Positions 1-13,071 of a DNA stretch of 64,000 nt are shown here, piece after piece (positions within the stretch are counted from its first letter, which is position 1; every line of letters begins with the position of its first letter). The position numbers and the translations under genes were made by a program. Origin of the DNA: Chiloscyllium plagiosum. Its lineage: Eukaryota. The notes under the pieces are model-generated. The model did no database searches. It saw nothing but the letters and a program-made list of their open reading frames with translations, and was not told where the DNA came from. The stretch covers positions 11,811,609-11,875,608 of the forward strand of contig NC_057754.1 in assembly GCF_004010195.1 (NCBI RefSeq), in the 5' to 3' direction.

Positions 1-331
1 ACAAAAATAAGCAAAACTCTCAAGTACAAACATTGTTATACAATTAAATCTTAAATATATATTAACCGAAATTTAACAAAAGTAAAATACCGTGAAAAAC
101 AAACAAAACTCAACTAACTACTAATCTAACCTACAACTAACCAGAGTGTATATTTAAGTCTCTTACATTATACAAATAAGAGAAATTGAGAAAAAAAAAA
201 CAGCGGATAACATAGAAATGGGATAGTGAGATACATGCTCGGAATGTGTTAACGTCAAATGGAACAAAAACCGTATTCGTGTGGGATTCCTCTCCCAAGG
301 GGCCCCGGATCTGCCATGTTCGTAATCTCAA

Positions 332-3300
332 TTAAATAAAAGCCCTGGTTAGGATAGCCGAAATATCTGTATTCATATAATTCAAGAAGGGCTGCCATAT
401 TTTATAAAATAATTCCGTCTTTCGGTGCACCATATTTGTAAGGAAGTCAAGGGGAATACATTTCATAATTAATCTGTGCCAATTTGAAAGTCCAGGGGAG
501 CCCTCAGCCACCCAGTTTACCAAAATATTTTTCCTTGCAAAGAAAGAGAGAATCGAAAATAGTCTCATCCCATGCATGTCCAGGAGGATAAGTTCGAAAA
601 GCCCAAAAGGAGAGATACGGGGTCCACTTTAATTTCCGTTCCTAAAATTTCTGTCAGGGCACTTGCCACTTTAGTCCAGTATCTACGGATCTTATGACAG
701 GTCCATAGACCATTTACAAGAGTGTCCACCTCTATTTTACATTTGGGACACATTGGGGATGCTCCCGCCTTAAATTTTGCCAATCGATCTGGTGCTATAT
801 GGGCCCTATGAAGTATCTTCAGCTTGATAGCCTGAGTTCTGTTACAGATAGTGATTCTTCTGGCGTTTCCCAAATGTAATTCCACGTTCCTATAGAGATA
901 TCTAGTCCCAATTCCTGATCCCATGTTTTAAGCAGATTGTCCATATATCCCGATACTTCATCATGTAGTAAATGATAAATAGTGCTGATGGAGGATACCC
1001 CCATTGGTCGTAGTACTCTACATTCTCTATCTGATTTATAAAGACTATCTAATAACGTAGTCTTCTTCTGTATATAGTCTCGAATTTGGAAGTATCGACA
1101 GAGGTCTCCATTAGGTAATCCGACTTTCTGACGCAGCTGTTCAAAAGACATCAAGACCCCATCTTCCAATAGGCCCCCTCGACATGAGATACCCCTGGAT
1201 CTCCAGAGTTTAAAAGTGGCATCTGTAAACCCCGGTTGGAATCTCCATGCTCCCACTATCGGCGCATAGGGGGATGTTCTATGTGAGTTGCCCTCATTTT
1301 GCCGCATTACATTCTAAGCTTTAATTGTATTTATTATTATAGGGTTTTTACAGTGATCCGTAATGATTTTCCTCTTGTCTGAAAATAAAAGGTTAATAAG
1401 TGGGCATTTTACTTGAGAAGCTTCGATGTCCAGCCAGATTGATTGTGGATCAAACAAGACCCAATCAGCTATGTAACTTAATAAGGAACTTAACTGGTAT
1501 TTCCTAAAATCTGGGAAGTCCAATCCTCCCCTTGCCTGTGGAAGCTGTAGCTTCTACAACTTAATGAGGGGCCATCTATGATTCCAGATAAAGGAACCCA
1601 GCCAGACATATAATATACGTAGTGCCAGCCTCGGAAGCATCACCGGAAGCATTCTCATAGGGTATAGCAGACGGGGCAGGACATTCATTTTAATTAGTGC
1701 TATTCTACCCAGCCAGGAAAGTGGAAGGTCTCCCCACCACTGGAGGTCCTGCCTTATCCTTTCCAGTAAATGCACAAAGTTAGCCTTGTATAACTGACCA
1801 AATACTGGGGTAACAAAAATGCCTAAATATAAGAAACCCTCCAGGGACCAACGAAAGGGAAAATGGGATCCATCCACTAAGTGGGGTATCATAGAAAGGC
1901 CACCCATTGGCATAGCCTCCGATTTTGAGAAATTAATTTTATAGCCTGAGAATGCGCTAAATGTATTAATAACTTGGATTAAGCGAGGTACGGACATCAG
2001 AGGATTACTGAGGAATAGAAGAACATCATCTGCATACAGGGTAATTTTACGTTTACCTGTACCAATCATCAGGGCCGTTATATTAGGATCAGCCCGTATA
2101 GCTTCTGCTAGTGGGTTCAATTATTAGCGTAAATAACAATGGCGAGAGAGGTCATCCCTGACGGCAGTCCCTACCCACACTGAAGCTATCCGAACCTAAT
2201 CCATTGGCAACCACAACTGCTTTGGGATCACTATACAATGTTGAGACCCATTTGGTAAACACCTTTCCAATGCCAAACCTTTCCAATGTGTAAAACAAAT
2301 ATGACCATCCAACCCTATCAAATGCCTTTTCCGCGTCTAATGAAACTCCTACTCCTGGTATCTTTCCCTGATGGCAGGCTTGAATCATATTCAAAACCCT
2401 TCTAATATTATTGGATGATCCACGGCCCTTAATAAACCCCGTCTGATCCTCCTTTATGATATATGGCAGTACCCTTTCTAGTCTCAATGCTAACGTTTTA
2501 GAAAGGATTTTAAAATCTACATTTAGCAAGGATATTGGTCTGTATGACGTACAATCTCTGGATCCTTTCCTTTTTTAAGGATAGGAGAGATAGTTGCCTC
2601 TTTCAGTGAAGGCGGGAGACAGCCCTGATTATATGCATAGTTATACATGTCCACCAGTGGACCAGCCAATATTTCTGTAAGTTCTTTATAGAATTCAGCT
2701 TGAAAACCATCTGGCTCAGGTGTCTTACCGCTATGAAGCTGCCTGATTGCGTCAAGTATTTCTTAGACTGTTAGGGGAGCGTTTAAGATGGATACCTGTT
2801 CCGGAGTTAGGCCCAGAACGGTCAAATGTTTTAAAAATGATTGCATCCTCCGAATCCTGTCTTCATAATCCTGCGATTTATATAAATCAGAATAAAATTT
2901 TCTAAAGATTGCAATAATCTTTTTATGATCACGAGTCAAAATACCCGTACTTTCCTTGATAGACTTGATAGTTTGAGGGGCCTTTTTTGCTTTGCAAGAA
3001 ATGCTAAGTATCCACCCGGTTTGTCGCCAAATTCATATAAACATTGTTTTGCAAATAATATTTCCCTCTTAGCCATTTGGGTATGTGTAGTGTTTAGAGC
3101 TGTCCTAAGGGCCGTAATCCTTTGCAATTTAATAACAGAAGGTCTATCAGCATATGCAGTTTCAGCTGCTTTTGAGCGTGCTTCGAGCAGACGCTGTTGT
3201 TCTCCCTTTAATGTTTTCTGGGTCGCTGAGTCGGAGATGATCAAACCTCGTGCATAAGCTTTGATGGTCTCCCACGTCATTGATGGGTTGCTAGCCGTAC

Positions 3301-4120
3301 CTAAATTAATTTCTAAAGAAGTTTTAAATTCTTGAGAGAATTACTTTACAAATTTACTGTTTTCATTAAGAATATGCTAATGCCAAGGGGATGTCCCATT
3401 GTTCCTCGCCTTGGTTTCCATATGTACAGCAGCGTGGCCGGAAATTGCTATGCTACCTATTTTACAGGATGATATGGAATTTTAAAAAATCGAGAGGGCA
3501 AAAATCATATCAATTCTGGTATGGCATTTATGTGGATTAGAGTAAAAAGAAAAGTGGATGAAGACATCTCCATACATCTGCTAATCCTAATTCTTTGCTC
3601 AGATCCACCAATTGTCTAGATCTGGGAGATACTCCTGCAGTGTTCTTGGGAATCCTATCTATTTCCGGATCCATAATACAATTAAAGTCTCCCCCTGTAA
3701 TTGTATGACGGGTACCAAGAGCCATCAAATTTGAGAAGGGTTCCGTTATAAATTTACAGGGGTGTGCCGGTGGGCAGTACAAATTTAAAATCCCATATTC
3801 CTCTCCATTTATAAAGGCTTTAATCAGAATATGTCGTCCAGATTCGTCTTTTATCTGATTTAGGATTTTGAAAGGGAAATTCTTCCGAACAAGAATAACA
3901 ACTCCCCAACTTTTTGTGCTAAAAGAAGAAAAAAAGGCCTGATCAAATCCACCCTGTCGTAATTTCAAGTGTTCTTTATCCAACAGATGTATCTCCGGTA
4001 GGAGAGCTATATCAACTCTTCCTTTCTTAAGATTTGATAATATTTTCTTCCTTTTGACAGGCGAATTACAACCCTTGACATTCCAAGTGCACCACTTAAC
4101 CGACTGATCAACCATAATCA
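332..4120 (-). pseudogene. L1 ORF2p (endonuclease, reverse transcriptase, Cys-rich tail), multiple frameshifts and stops
   Basis: EN motifs WNVKG, GGDFN and DVWR (3537-4196). RT motifs LNVDFKILSK, SLDAEKAFDRV, CRQG and LYADD (1554-2529). C-terminal CPKC...WTC (565-924). Confidence 0.93.
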
Positions 4121-4602
4121 TCCGGGCAAATCCGAGACCCCTCGGGAGGGGAAACCCTATCCAAAACATCCCGAGCATAGAGCATATAAAATTCACAAAA
4201 AATAAGGGCTCTCTAATACACTCACAACAATATAATAAAAACTATTTCGAAATAATAAAAAAAAATAAAACGTATTTAAACGGAGATTTTCCCCCTTGTT
4301 CCCAGGGGGTATCCCTTCCCTTCCAAAGGTCCATTGTATCCTCTCCCAACCAATGCCTCACCCTTGACCCAGGCGCTCCTCAATAGGATGAGGAGAATTC
4401 AGATATAATACAAAGCTAGAGTTAACAGTGAGCACCCTACCCCCACACCCCCAAGCCACACCTGGATATATTTGGTAATGTTAATACCATGTATAAACAT
4501 ATATAACTATAAAATTACAACCTCAACAAATAATAATACAAAATAGCAAGGGGAAATTACCCCGCTCCTAGAGACAGAGGTAAAATAGAATAAGGTAACC
4601 AC

Positions 4603-4644
4603 NNNNNNNNNNNNNNNNNNNNNNNNNNNNNNNNNNNNNNNNNN
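4603..4644. other. Assembly gap (N run)
   Basis: Run of N in the L1 inter-ORF region. Confidence 1.
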
Positions 4645-4659
4645 ATTATCTCTTACAAT

Positions 4660-5538
4660 TTATCTGAGAATCCAAAATTCCTTAGCCTTTTCTGGCGATC
4701 CAAAGTTATACACGGATCCTTCATGGTTAAAGCGTAGCGTCCCTGGGTAGCGTAAGGAGTACTGAAGATTTACGTCCCTTAAACACTTCTTCGTCTCATC
4801 GAATGCCTTCCTCTTTTGGACCAGAGCTGGGGAAAAGTTCTGGAATAACATGATCTTGGATCCTTTATAGATCATGGCTTGGGAATCTTTTCCAAGATTT
4901 CTTGAGGGTCCTAGGAGGCCTCTCCCTCTTGAGGCTTATTGAGGCCTCTCCCTATAGCTCTGCAGCCGAAACTGGACCGGGCGAGGGCGCTGGTTTGAGC
5001 CAGGCACCCACATATTGCAACCCGGTCGGCCCATTCCAACCTTACCTGGCCTGATCCAGCCTCCAGATTTAATAACTGTGGAAGCCACTGCTCGAGAAAC
5101 GCTGTCAGGTCGCCTTCCTCTTCCCGTTCGGGAAGGCCCAGCAAACGAATATTTTTTTCGGCGACCTCGATTATCGAGGTCATCAATATGATTCTCGAAG
5201 GTACGGACTCTCTGTTCGAGAGTCCGGAACCGATCCACGGCCGATTGCGCTGTGGTTTCGAAGGTCGCGGACTTTAGCTCCGCCCCTCCGATTCGGCGCT
5301 CGGTTTCCTTAATGTCTCGGTCGTGCTTTTGCAGCGCCGCCGAGAGTGAGTCCCATCGACTTCGGGATTCGTCAATGAAAGCGTCGATCTTCGCATCCAG
5401 TTTGGAGATGATTTCCACAAGGTTTGCCATTGTAGGTAAGTCCCCCGAGGCGGCTGCGGACGCCTCTGCTGCAGTTGGACAGGGTGGGGGAGGGGTTCCT
5501 GCTTGCTGAGAGCTGCGGGCTCCCCTCCCTTTAGTCAT
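4660..5538 (-). pseudogene. L1 ORF1p (coiled coil, RRM, CTD), frameshifted
   Basis: Coiled-coil segment ending LDNRGRRK, then NIRLLGLPE in another frame. C-terminal piece YKGSKIMLFQNFSPALVQKRKAF...YSLRYPGTLRF. Confidence 0.9.
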
Positions 5539-5688
5539 TTTTACTAAAGATTAGATTGTTTAAATTTAATACTAAGCAACTAATTAAATTAAACAGGTAT
5601 TTTAAATGACTTGGTGAGTGTGGTGGGGGTGGGTGGCCCACTTTGCCCAAATCTTGGGAGGAGCACAATAGACTCAGACTTGCAGGGT

Positions 5689-5701
5689 CGCCGCCATCTT
5701 G
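5689..5701 (-). promoter_or_regulatory. YY1-type motif (CAAGATGGCGGCG) at the L1 5' end, candidate internal promoter element
   Basis: Plus strand cgccgccatcttg, within about 10 nt of the G-run that starts the element. Mammalian L1 has its YY1 site in the same position. Confidence 0.6.
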
Positions 5702-5709
5702 GATGCCCC

Positions 5710-8700
5710 TGGCTGTTCATTTAATGAACCACATTGAACGCATTCATTCAACAAACTGCTTGCACTGATTGAATGAAACAGATTTCACGTGTCATTTCAA
5801 TGAGTAGTGCTTCTCTCATTTATTCAGAGTCCCGAGCTTTACACTTTAATTCAAAGAAATAATGAGCATATTCATTCAATCATTGAATCAACCTTCAACC
5901 ATTGATTCAATGAATCAAACGTTATATATATAAATGCAATCATATAAAGTTAACGCAGTTTTTTTAGTGATTCCAACTGTATTTATTTCTTTAATGAATC
6001 AAACTGCACACATTCATTCAATGTAACACACTACACGTGCTAATCCAACGAGAAGAGCTTTTCCTTTTAATTTAATGAACCACATTGAACGCATTAATTC
6101 AAAGAAACAAACTGCATGCATTCATTGAATAAAACAGAGTGCACAAGTCAATTCAATGTCCCGAGCATAACGTTTACATTCAATGAAACAACGTGCATTC
6201 ATTCAATCATTGAACCAAACTTCAATCATTGATTCAATGAATTAAACGTTATTCATCGATTCAATGAAAAAATCTTAACTCATTTATTTAGTGAAACCAA
6301 CTGCATTCGTTCGTTCAATGAATCAAACTGCACTCATTCATTCAGTGAAACAGACTGCACGTGTTAATTCCATGAGTATAGCTCTCTCCTTCATGCAATG
6401 TTTCAAGCTTAATTCATTCATTCAATGAGCCAATCTGCACTTATTATTAAATGAGCAGAGCTTCCTTCATTCAGTCTATGGCATCAGTTTCAGGCATTGA
6501 TTCAATGAAACAAAGTGCATTCAATGAGACAGACCACACATGTCAATTCAATGATAGGAGCTTCTCTCATTTATTCAATGTCTCGAGCTTAATGTTTTCA
6601 TTCAATGAAACAAACTGCATTCATTCAATCATTGATTCAAAGGTCCAAACGTTACTGATTGATTCGATGAAACAAATTTAACTCATCTATTTACTCATTA
6701 AATTCAAGTGCATGCAATCATTCAATGAAACAAACTGCATTTGCTATTCCAATGAGTTGAGCTTTTGCCATTCATGCACTGAAACAAACTTCACGCATTC
6801 ATTCAAAGTAACAAACTGCACATATTCATTCAACAAAACAGACTGCACGCTTTAATTCTCTCATTCATGCTTCTCTCATTCATTCAATGCCATCACTTCC
6901 ACGCATTGATTCATTGAAACAAACTGCACATATTCATTCGATGAAACAAAACTAGATTTGTTAATTCAATGAGTAGCGTTTCTCTTATTCGTTCAGTGCC
7001 ATGAGTTTAACGAATTGATTCAATGAAACGAACTGCACGCATTCATTTATTGAAACAGACTGCACATGTTAATTCAATGATAGGAGCTTCTCTCGTTTTT
7101 CAACGTCGCGAGCGTAACGCTGGCATTAAATGAAACAAACTGCATTCGTTTAATCATTGACATCAAAGTTCAATCATTGATTCAATGAAACAAACTTCGC
7201 TCATTTATTTAGTGAAACAAACTGCACGCATTCATTCAATGAAATACACTGCACGTGCTCATCCAATGAGTAGAACTTTTGCAATCCATTCAATGAATCA
7301 AACTGCACATATTATTTCAATGTAACACACTGCACGTGCTAATCCAATGAGTAGAGCTTTGGCTCTTCATTCAATGAACCATATTGAACGCATTCATTCA
7401 ACGAACAAACTGCATGCATTGATTGAATGAAACAGATTGCATGTGTCATTTCAATGTGTCGTGCTTCTCTCATTTATTCAGAGTCCCGAGCTTAACACTT
7501 TAATTCAATGAAACAATGAGTATATTCATTCAATCATTGAATCAACCTTCAATCATTGATTCAATGAATCAAACGTTGTACATTCATGCAATCATATAAA
7601 GTTAACGCAGTTTTTTCGTGATTCCAACTGTGTTCATTCCTTCAAAGAATGAAACTGCACACATTCATTCAATGTGAACCTCATTGAACACATTCATTCA
7701 AAGAAACAAACTGCATGTATTCATTGAATGAAACAGACTGCACATGGTATTTCAATGTCCCGAGCATAACGCTTGCATTCAATGAAACAACGTGCATTCA
7801 TTCAATCGTTGAATCAAACTTCAATCATTTATTCAATGAATCAAACGTTATTCATAGTTTCAATGAAAAAAACTTAACTCATTTATTTAGTGAAACCAAC
7901 TGCATTCATTTCTTCAATGAATCAAATTGCACTCATTCATTCAATGAAACACACTGCACGTGTTAATTCCATGAGTATAGTTCCTCTCATTCATTCAATG
8001 TTTCAAGTTTAACGCATTCATTCAATGGACCAAGTAAGTAGGTAGAACTTCCTTCATTCAGTCAGTGGCTTCAGTTTCACGCATTGATTCAAGGAACCAA
8101 GTGCATTCAATGAGACAGACCGCACATGGTAATTCAATGATCGGAGCTTCTCTCATTTATTCAATGTCACGAGCTTAACGCTTTCATTCAATGAAACAAA
8201 CTGCATTCATTCAATCATTGAATCAGACTTCAGTCTTTGAATTAGTGAATCAAAGGGATTCAATTCAATAAACTGTTAGAAAATGGTTATGAATCCAATA
8301 GCACTCATTCATTCAATTAATCAAATTGCACACAATCATTCAATGTAACACACTGCATGCGCTAATCCAATGAGTACAGCTTTGGCATTCGTACTTTCAA
8401 TGAAATATTCTGGACATCCTAATCCAATGAGTAGAGCTTTTGACATTCGATCAATGATACAAACTACACGCATTTATTCCGTGATACAGACTGCACGTGT
8501 TATTTCAATGAGTAGTGCTTCTCTCATTTATTCAGAGTCCCGAGCTTAACACTTCCATTCATTGAAACAATGAGCATATTTATTCAATCATTCTTCAATC
8601 ATTTATTCAATGAATCAAAAGTTATACATTCATTCAATGATATAAACTTAATGCATCTGTTTAGTAAATCCAACTGTACTCAGTCCTTCTATCGAACTGC

Positions 8701-11700
8701 ACACATTCATACAATCTTACACACTACACGTGCTAGTCCAATGAGTAGAGCTTTAGCTATTCATTTAATGAACCACATTGAACGCACTCATTCAAGAAAC
8801 AAACTGCATGCATTCATTGTTTGAAATAGACTGCACATGTTAATTCAATGTCCCGAGCATAACTCTTTCATTAAATGAAACTAACTGCATTCATTTAATC
8901 ACTGAAATCAAACTTCAAACATTGATTCAACGAAACAAACTTAACTCATTTATTTAGTGAAACAAACTGCGTTCATTCATTCAATCAATCAAACTACACT
9001 CATTCATTCCATTAAATACACTGCACGTATTCATTCAATGAATCAAATGTTATACATTCATTCAATGAAACAAACTTAATTCATTTAATTAGTGAGCAAA
9101 CTGCATTCATTCATTCAATGAATCAAACAGCACACATTCTATCAATGTAATTCACTACAAGTGCTAATCCAATGATTAGAGCTTTTGCTATCCATTCAAT
9201 GCACCACATTGAACTCATTCATTCAAAGAAACAAACTACCTGCATTCATTCAGTGAAACAGACTGCACGTGTTATTTCAGAGTAGTGTTTCTTTTGTTTA
9301 TTCAGAGTCCTGAGCTTAACATTTTAATTCAATGAAACAATGAGCATATTCATTCAATCATGGAATCAACATTCAATCATTGACTCAATGAGTCTAACCC
9401 ACTACACGTGCTAATCCAACGAGTAGAGCTTTTCCTATTCATTTAATGAACCACATTGAACGCATTCATTAAAAAAACAAACAAACTGCATGCATTCATT
9501 GGATGAAACAGACTGCACATGTCAATTCAATGTCTCGAGCATACCGCTTACATTCAATGAGACAACACGCATTCGTTCAATCATTGAAGCAAACTTCAAT
9601 CATTGATTCATTGAATCAAACGCTATTCATAGATTCAATGAAAATAACTTAACTCATTTAATTAGTGAAACCGGCTGCACTCATTCGTTCAATGAATCAA
9701 ACTGCACTCATTCATTCAATGAAACACACTAAATGTGTTAATTCGATGAGTATAGCTTCTCTCATTCATTCAATGTTTCAAGCTTAACTCATACATTCAA
9801 TGAACCAATCTGCACTTATTATTAAAAGAGTAGAGCTTCCCTCATTCAGTCTGTGGTATCAGTTTCACGCATTGATTCAATGAAACAAAGTGCATTCAAT
9901 GAAACAGACCGCACATGTTAATTCAATGATCGGAGCTTCTCTCATTTATTCAATGTCTCGAGCTTAACACTTTCATTCAATAAAACAAACTGCATTCATT
10001 CAATCATTGAATCAGACTTCAATAATTGATTCAATGGTCCAAACGTTACTCATTGATTCGAAGAAACAAATTTAACTCATCTATTTACTCATTAAATTCC
10101 ACTGCATGCAATCATTCAATGAAACAAACTGCATTTGATATTCCAATGAGAAGAGCTTTTGCCATTCATGCACTGAAACAAACTTCACGCATTAATTCAA
10201 AGTAACAAACTGCACACAATCATTCAACAAAACAGACTGCACGCTTTAATTCTCTCATTCACGCTTCTCTCATTCATTCAATGCCATCATTTGCACGTCT
10301 TGATTCATTGAAACAAACTTCACACATTCATTCAATGAAACAAAACTGGATTTGTTCATTCAAGGAGTGGCGTTTCTCTCATTCGTTCAGTGCCATGAGT
10401 TCAACGAATTGATTCAACGAAACGAACTGCACGCATTCATTTATTGAAACAGACTGCACATGTTAATTAAATGATAGGAGCTTCTCTCGTTTTTCCATGT
10501 CCCGGGCATAACGCTGGCATTAAATGAAACAAACGGCATTCGTTTAATCATTGACGTCAAAGATCAATCATTGTTTCAATGAAACAAACTTAGCTCATTT
10601 ATTTAGTGAAATAAACTGCACTCATTCATTCAATGAAATACACTGCACGTGCTCATCCAATGAGTAGAACTTTTGCAATTCATTCAATGAATCAAACTGC
10701 ACACATTCTTTCAATGTAACACACTGCACGTACTAATCCACTGAATAGAGCTTTGGCTATTCATTTAAAGAACCACATTGAACGCTTTTATTCCACGACA
10801 CAAACTGCATGATTTAATTTAATTGAAACAGATTGCATGTGTCATTTCAATGAGTAGTGCTTCTCTCATTTATTCAGAGTCCCGAGCTTAACACTTTACT
10901 TCAATGAAACAATGAGTATATTCATTCAATCATTGAATCAACCTTCAATCATTGATTCAATGAATCAAACGTTATACATTCATGCAATCATATAAGGTTA
11001 ACGCAGTTTTTTCGTGATTCCAACTGTGTTAAGTCCTTCAAAGAATCAAACTGCACACATTCATTCAATGTAACACACTACACGTGCTAATCCAACGAAT
11101 AGAGCTTTTCCTGTTCATTTAATGAACCACATTGAACGCATTCATTCAAAGAAACAAACTGCATGCATTCATTGAATGAAACAGACTGCACGTGTTATTT
11201 CAATGAGTTGTGTTTCTCTCATTTATTCAGAGTCCCAAGCTTAACACTTTAATTCAATGAAACAATGATCATATTCATTCAATCATTGAACCAACATTCA
11301 ATCATTGATTCAATGAATCAAACGTTATACATTCATGGAATCAGATAAAGTTAATGCAGATTTTTAGTGATTCCAACTGTATTCATTTCTTCAATTAATC
11401 AAAGTGCACACATTCATTCAATGTAACACACTACACGTGCTAATCCAACGAGTAGAACTTTTCCTATTCATTTGATGAACCACATTGAACGTATTCATTC
11501 CAAGAAACAAACTGCATGCATTCATTGAATGAAACAGACTGCACATGTTAATTCAGTGTCCCGAGCATACCGCTTACATTCAATGAAATAATGTGCATTC
11601 ATTCAATCATCGTATCAAACTTCAACCATTTATTCAATGAATCAAACGTTATTCATAGATTCAAAGAAAAAATCTTAACTCATTTATTAGTAAAACCAAC

Positions 11701-11745
11701 TGCATTCATTCTTTCATGTATCAAATTGCACTCGTTCAATCAATG
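5710..11745. repeat. Complex satellite built from CATTCATTCAATGAAACAAACTG-like monomers with higher-order repeats
   Basis: Continuous cattca/aatgaa variants. Anchor ATGTAACACACT at 6021, 7320, 10714, 11068 and 11421 gives spacings of 353-354 and 3394. Confidence 0.95.
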
Positions 11746-12175
11746 AAGACACGTGAAAATGACAAAATATACACAAGGATGTTGTCAACGTTTGGAGCGT
11801 AGGGCGAGGAGGAATAGGCTGGGACAACTTTACATGCAGTGTAACGGCTGCGACAAGATTTTCTGCCCAGTTTCCAACTGGGGACGTTTCGCACGGAAGG
11901 CGAACGTGAAGACCACTACACTACATGACCAAGTCGCGGCCGGTGCGGCTGCGGCTGACTGGTGTCCCGCACTGAAATTTACAGCCGTTCTACGCTTCAC
12001 CTTTCCGTTTCCATTAGCTCGTTGTTGTCCAGCGTAATTCACATTTTGCAAAAGTAAAAAAAAAGACACGTGAAGTAGATGACAAAATATAGACGAGGAT
12101 GTCGCCAATGTTTGGAACGTCGGGCGAGGAGGAATAGGCTGGGACGACTTTACATGCAGTGTAACGGCTGCGACA
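11746..12175 (+). repeat. ~110-bp direct repeats (11746-11855 and 12063-12175) bracketing the tRNA-Val pseudogene
   Basis: Both read aagacacgtgaa...gggcgaggaggaataggctgggac(a/g)actttacatgcagtgtaacggctgcgaca. Confidence 0.9.
11858..11930 (-). pseudogene. tRNA-Val-derived pseudogene
   Basis: Reverse complement GGTCATGTAGTGTAGTGGTCTTCACGTTCGCCTTCCGTGCGAAACGTCCCCAGTTGGAAACTGGGCAGAAAAT aligns over 73 nt with vertebrate tRNA-Val. Acceptor stem and anticodon are damaged. Confidence 0.8.
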
Positions 12176-12189
12176 TGATCTTATGGAAG

Positions 12190-12510
12190 GGTTGTAAACT
12201 GAGTATTATTTTTGCCCAAACTGGGGCGAGTTGAAAACTCGAGAGCATAGTTTTAAAGTGAGAGGGATAAAATTGAAAAAGGACCTGAGGCACATTATGC
12301 GTGTATGGAATGAACTACAAAAGGAAGTGGAGGAGGCTATTACACTCAGAAGATTGCAAAGGCAGCCGGATGAGTTTCTGTATAGGAAGGGTTAAGCGGG
12401 ATAGGGGTCAAATGCTGGGAAATGGGACTTGTTTAAGTTGGGGTATGTGGTCAGCATGGAGGAGATACACCGAAGACTCTGTTTTCACGCTGTGTACCCT
12501 AATAACGTTG
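12190..12510 (+). mobile_element. CR1 LINE 3' fragment
   Basis: CR1-type 3' sequence (gagagcatagttttaaagtgagaggg...gtgtatggaatgaactac...gggaaatgggact). A homologous piece lies at about 50700-50940. Confidence 0.7.
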
Positions 12511-12709
12511 TACTGTTTACACCGGCTTTAAAGGAATACTTTTAACGGAGTTTGCCGTCGCTTTCTGTGGCACGGTTATTTAGTCTGTCGGACTGCACAC
12601 GGGAAAGGTAATATTGTGAAACACTGCAGAAACGAACGACTTCCTTACTTTTGCACCGACTCAACATAGCCCGTGAAATATTCCCAGATCCTCAGTTGAG
12701 GATTTTTGC

Positions 12710-13071
12710 AGCTGGAAGTTACCTCAGAAACCCTGTTAATTCGTAAGGTATTGAGCGAATCGCAAAACAGAACCCATTTAACACGGATCGCAAACTAAAC
12801 TGGCAAACCAAATGCATTTTCAGACACAGCAAAGCTGAATGCTGACTGTGAGGGCAGGAGCCATAAACTAATCTCACAACAATTCCAAACGACTGTTTCA
12901 AACATACTGGAGCATTAGTGCACAACCACTTCGAAGAAAGTGCTGTAAAGAGAGAAAGAAAGAACTTAATAAGAATGGGCCATAAAAAGTGAATTTCACC
13001 AATCACAGTCTCGATTAGATTACCTTTCCCTTCCAATGTCTCCAGGACTGAAATGAAAGAAATGGGAGAAA
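12710..13071 (+). repeat. Dispersed copy of segment 47958-48329
   Basis: Near-identical gctggaagtta.ctcagaaaccctgttaa...tccaggac.gaaatgaa.gaaatgggagaaa. Confidence 0.9.

Larger units (their letters stand above)
1..5709 (-). mobile_element. L1-clade LINE with intact 5' end, frameshifted ORF1 and ORF2; 3' end at or beyond the window start
   Basis: Colinear minus-strand ORF fragments: ORF1, then APE endonuclease, RT and C-terminal Cys motif. The 5' end reads GGGGCATCCAAGATGGCGGCG. The 3' UTR is T-rich on the element strand. Confidence 0.95.

Noticed and set aside
2925..3257. Plus-strand ORFs antisense to L1, CR1 or Penelope coding regions (also 5252-5509, and 53227-53673 on the minus strand)
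   Set aside because: Shadow ORFs of transposon reading frames with no independent motifs.
5710..11745. CRISPR-like array or coding ORFs (6451-6681, 7715-7966, 8570-8824) in the repeat block
   Set aside because: There is no constant repeat with unique spacers and no cas genes. The ORFs are translations of satellite monomers.
5710..11745. Many TTCAATGAA matches to the STAT TTC-N3-GAA pattern
   Set aside because: They are an automatic consequence of the monomer sequence, and the inner bases do not fit the preferred GAS consensus. No evidence of function.
12551..12625. Possible plus-strand tRNA-Val relic (ctttctgtgg...cacacgggaaagg...gcagaaac)
   Set aside because: Only the ends and anticodon region resemble Val. 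The D and T arms are unrecognisable, so it is too weak to list.
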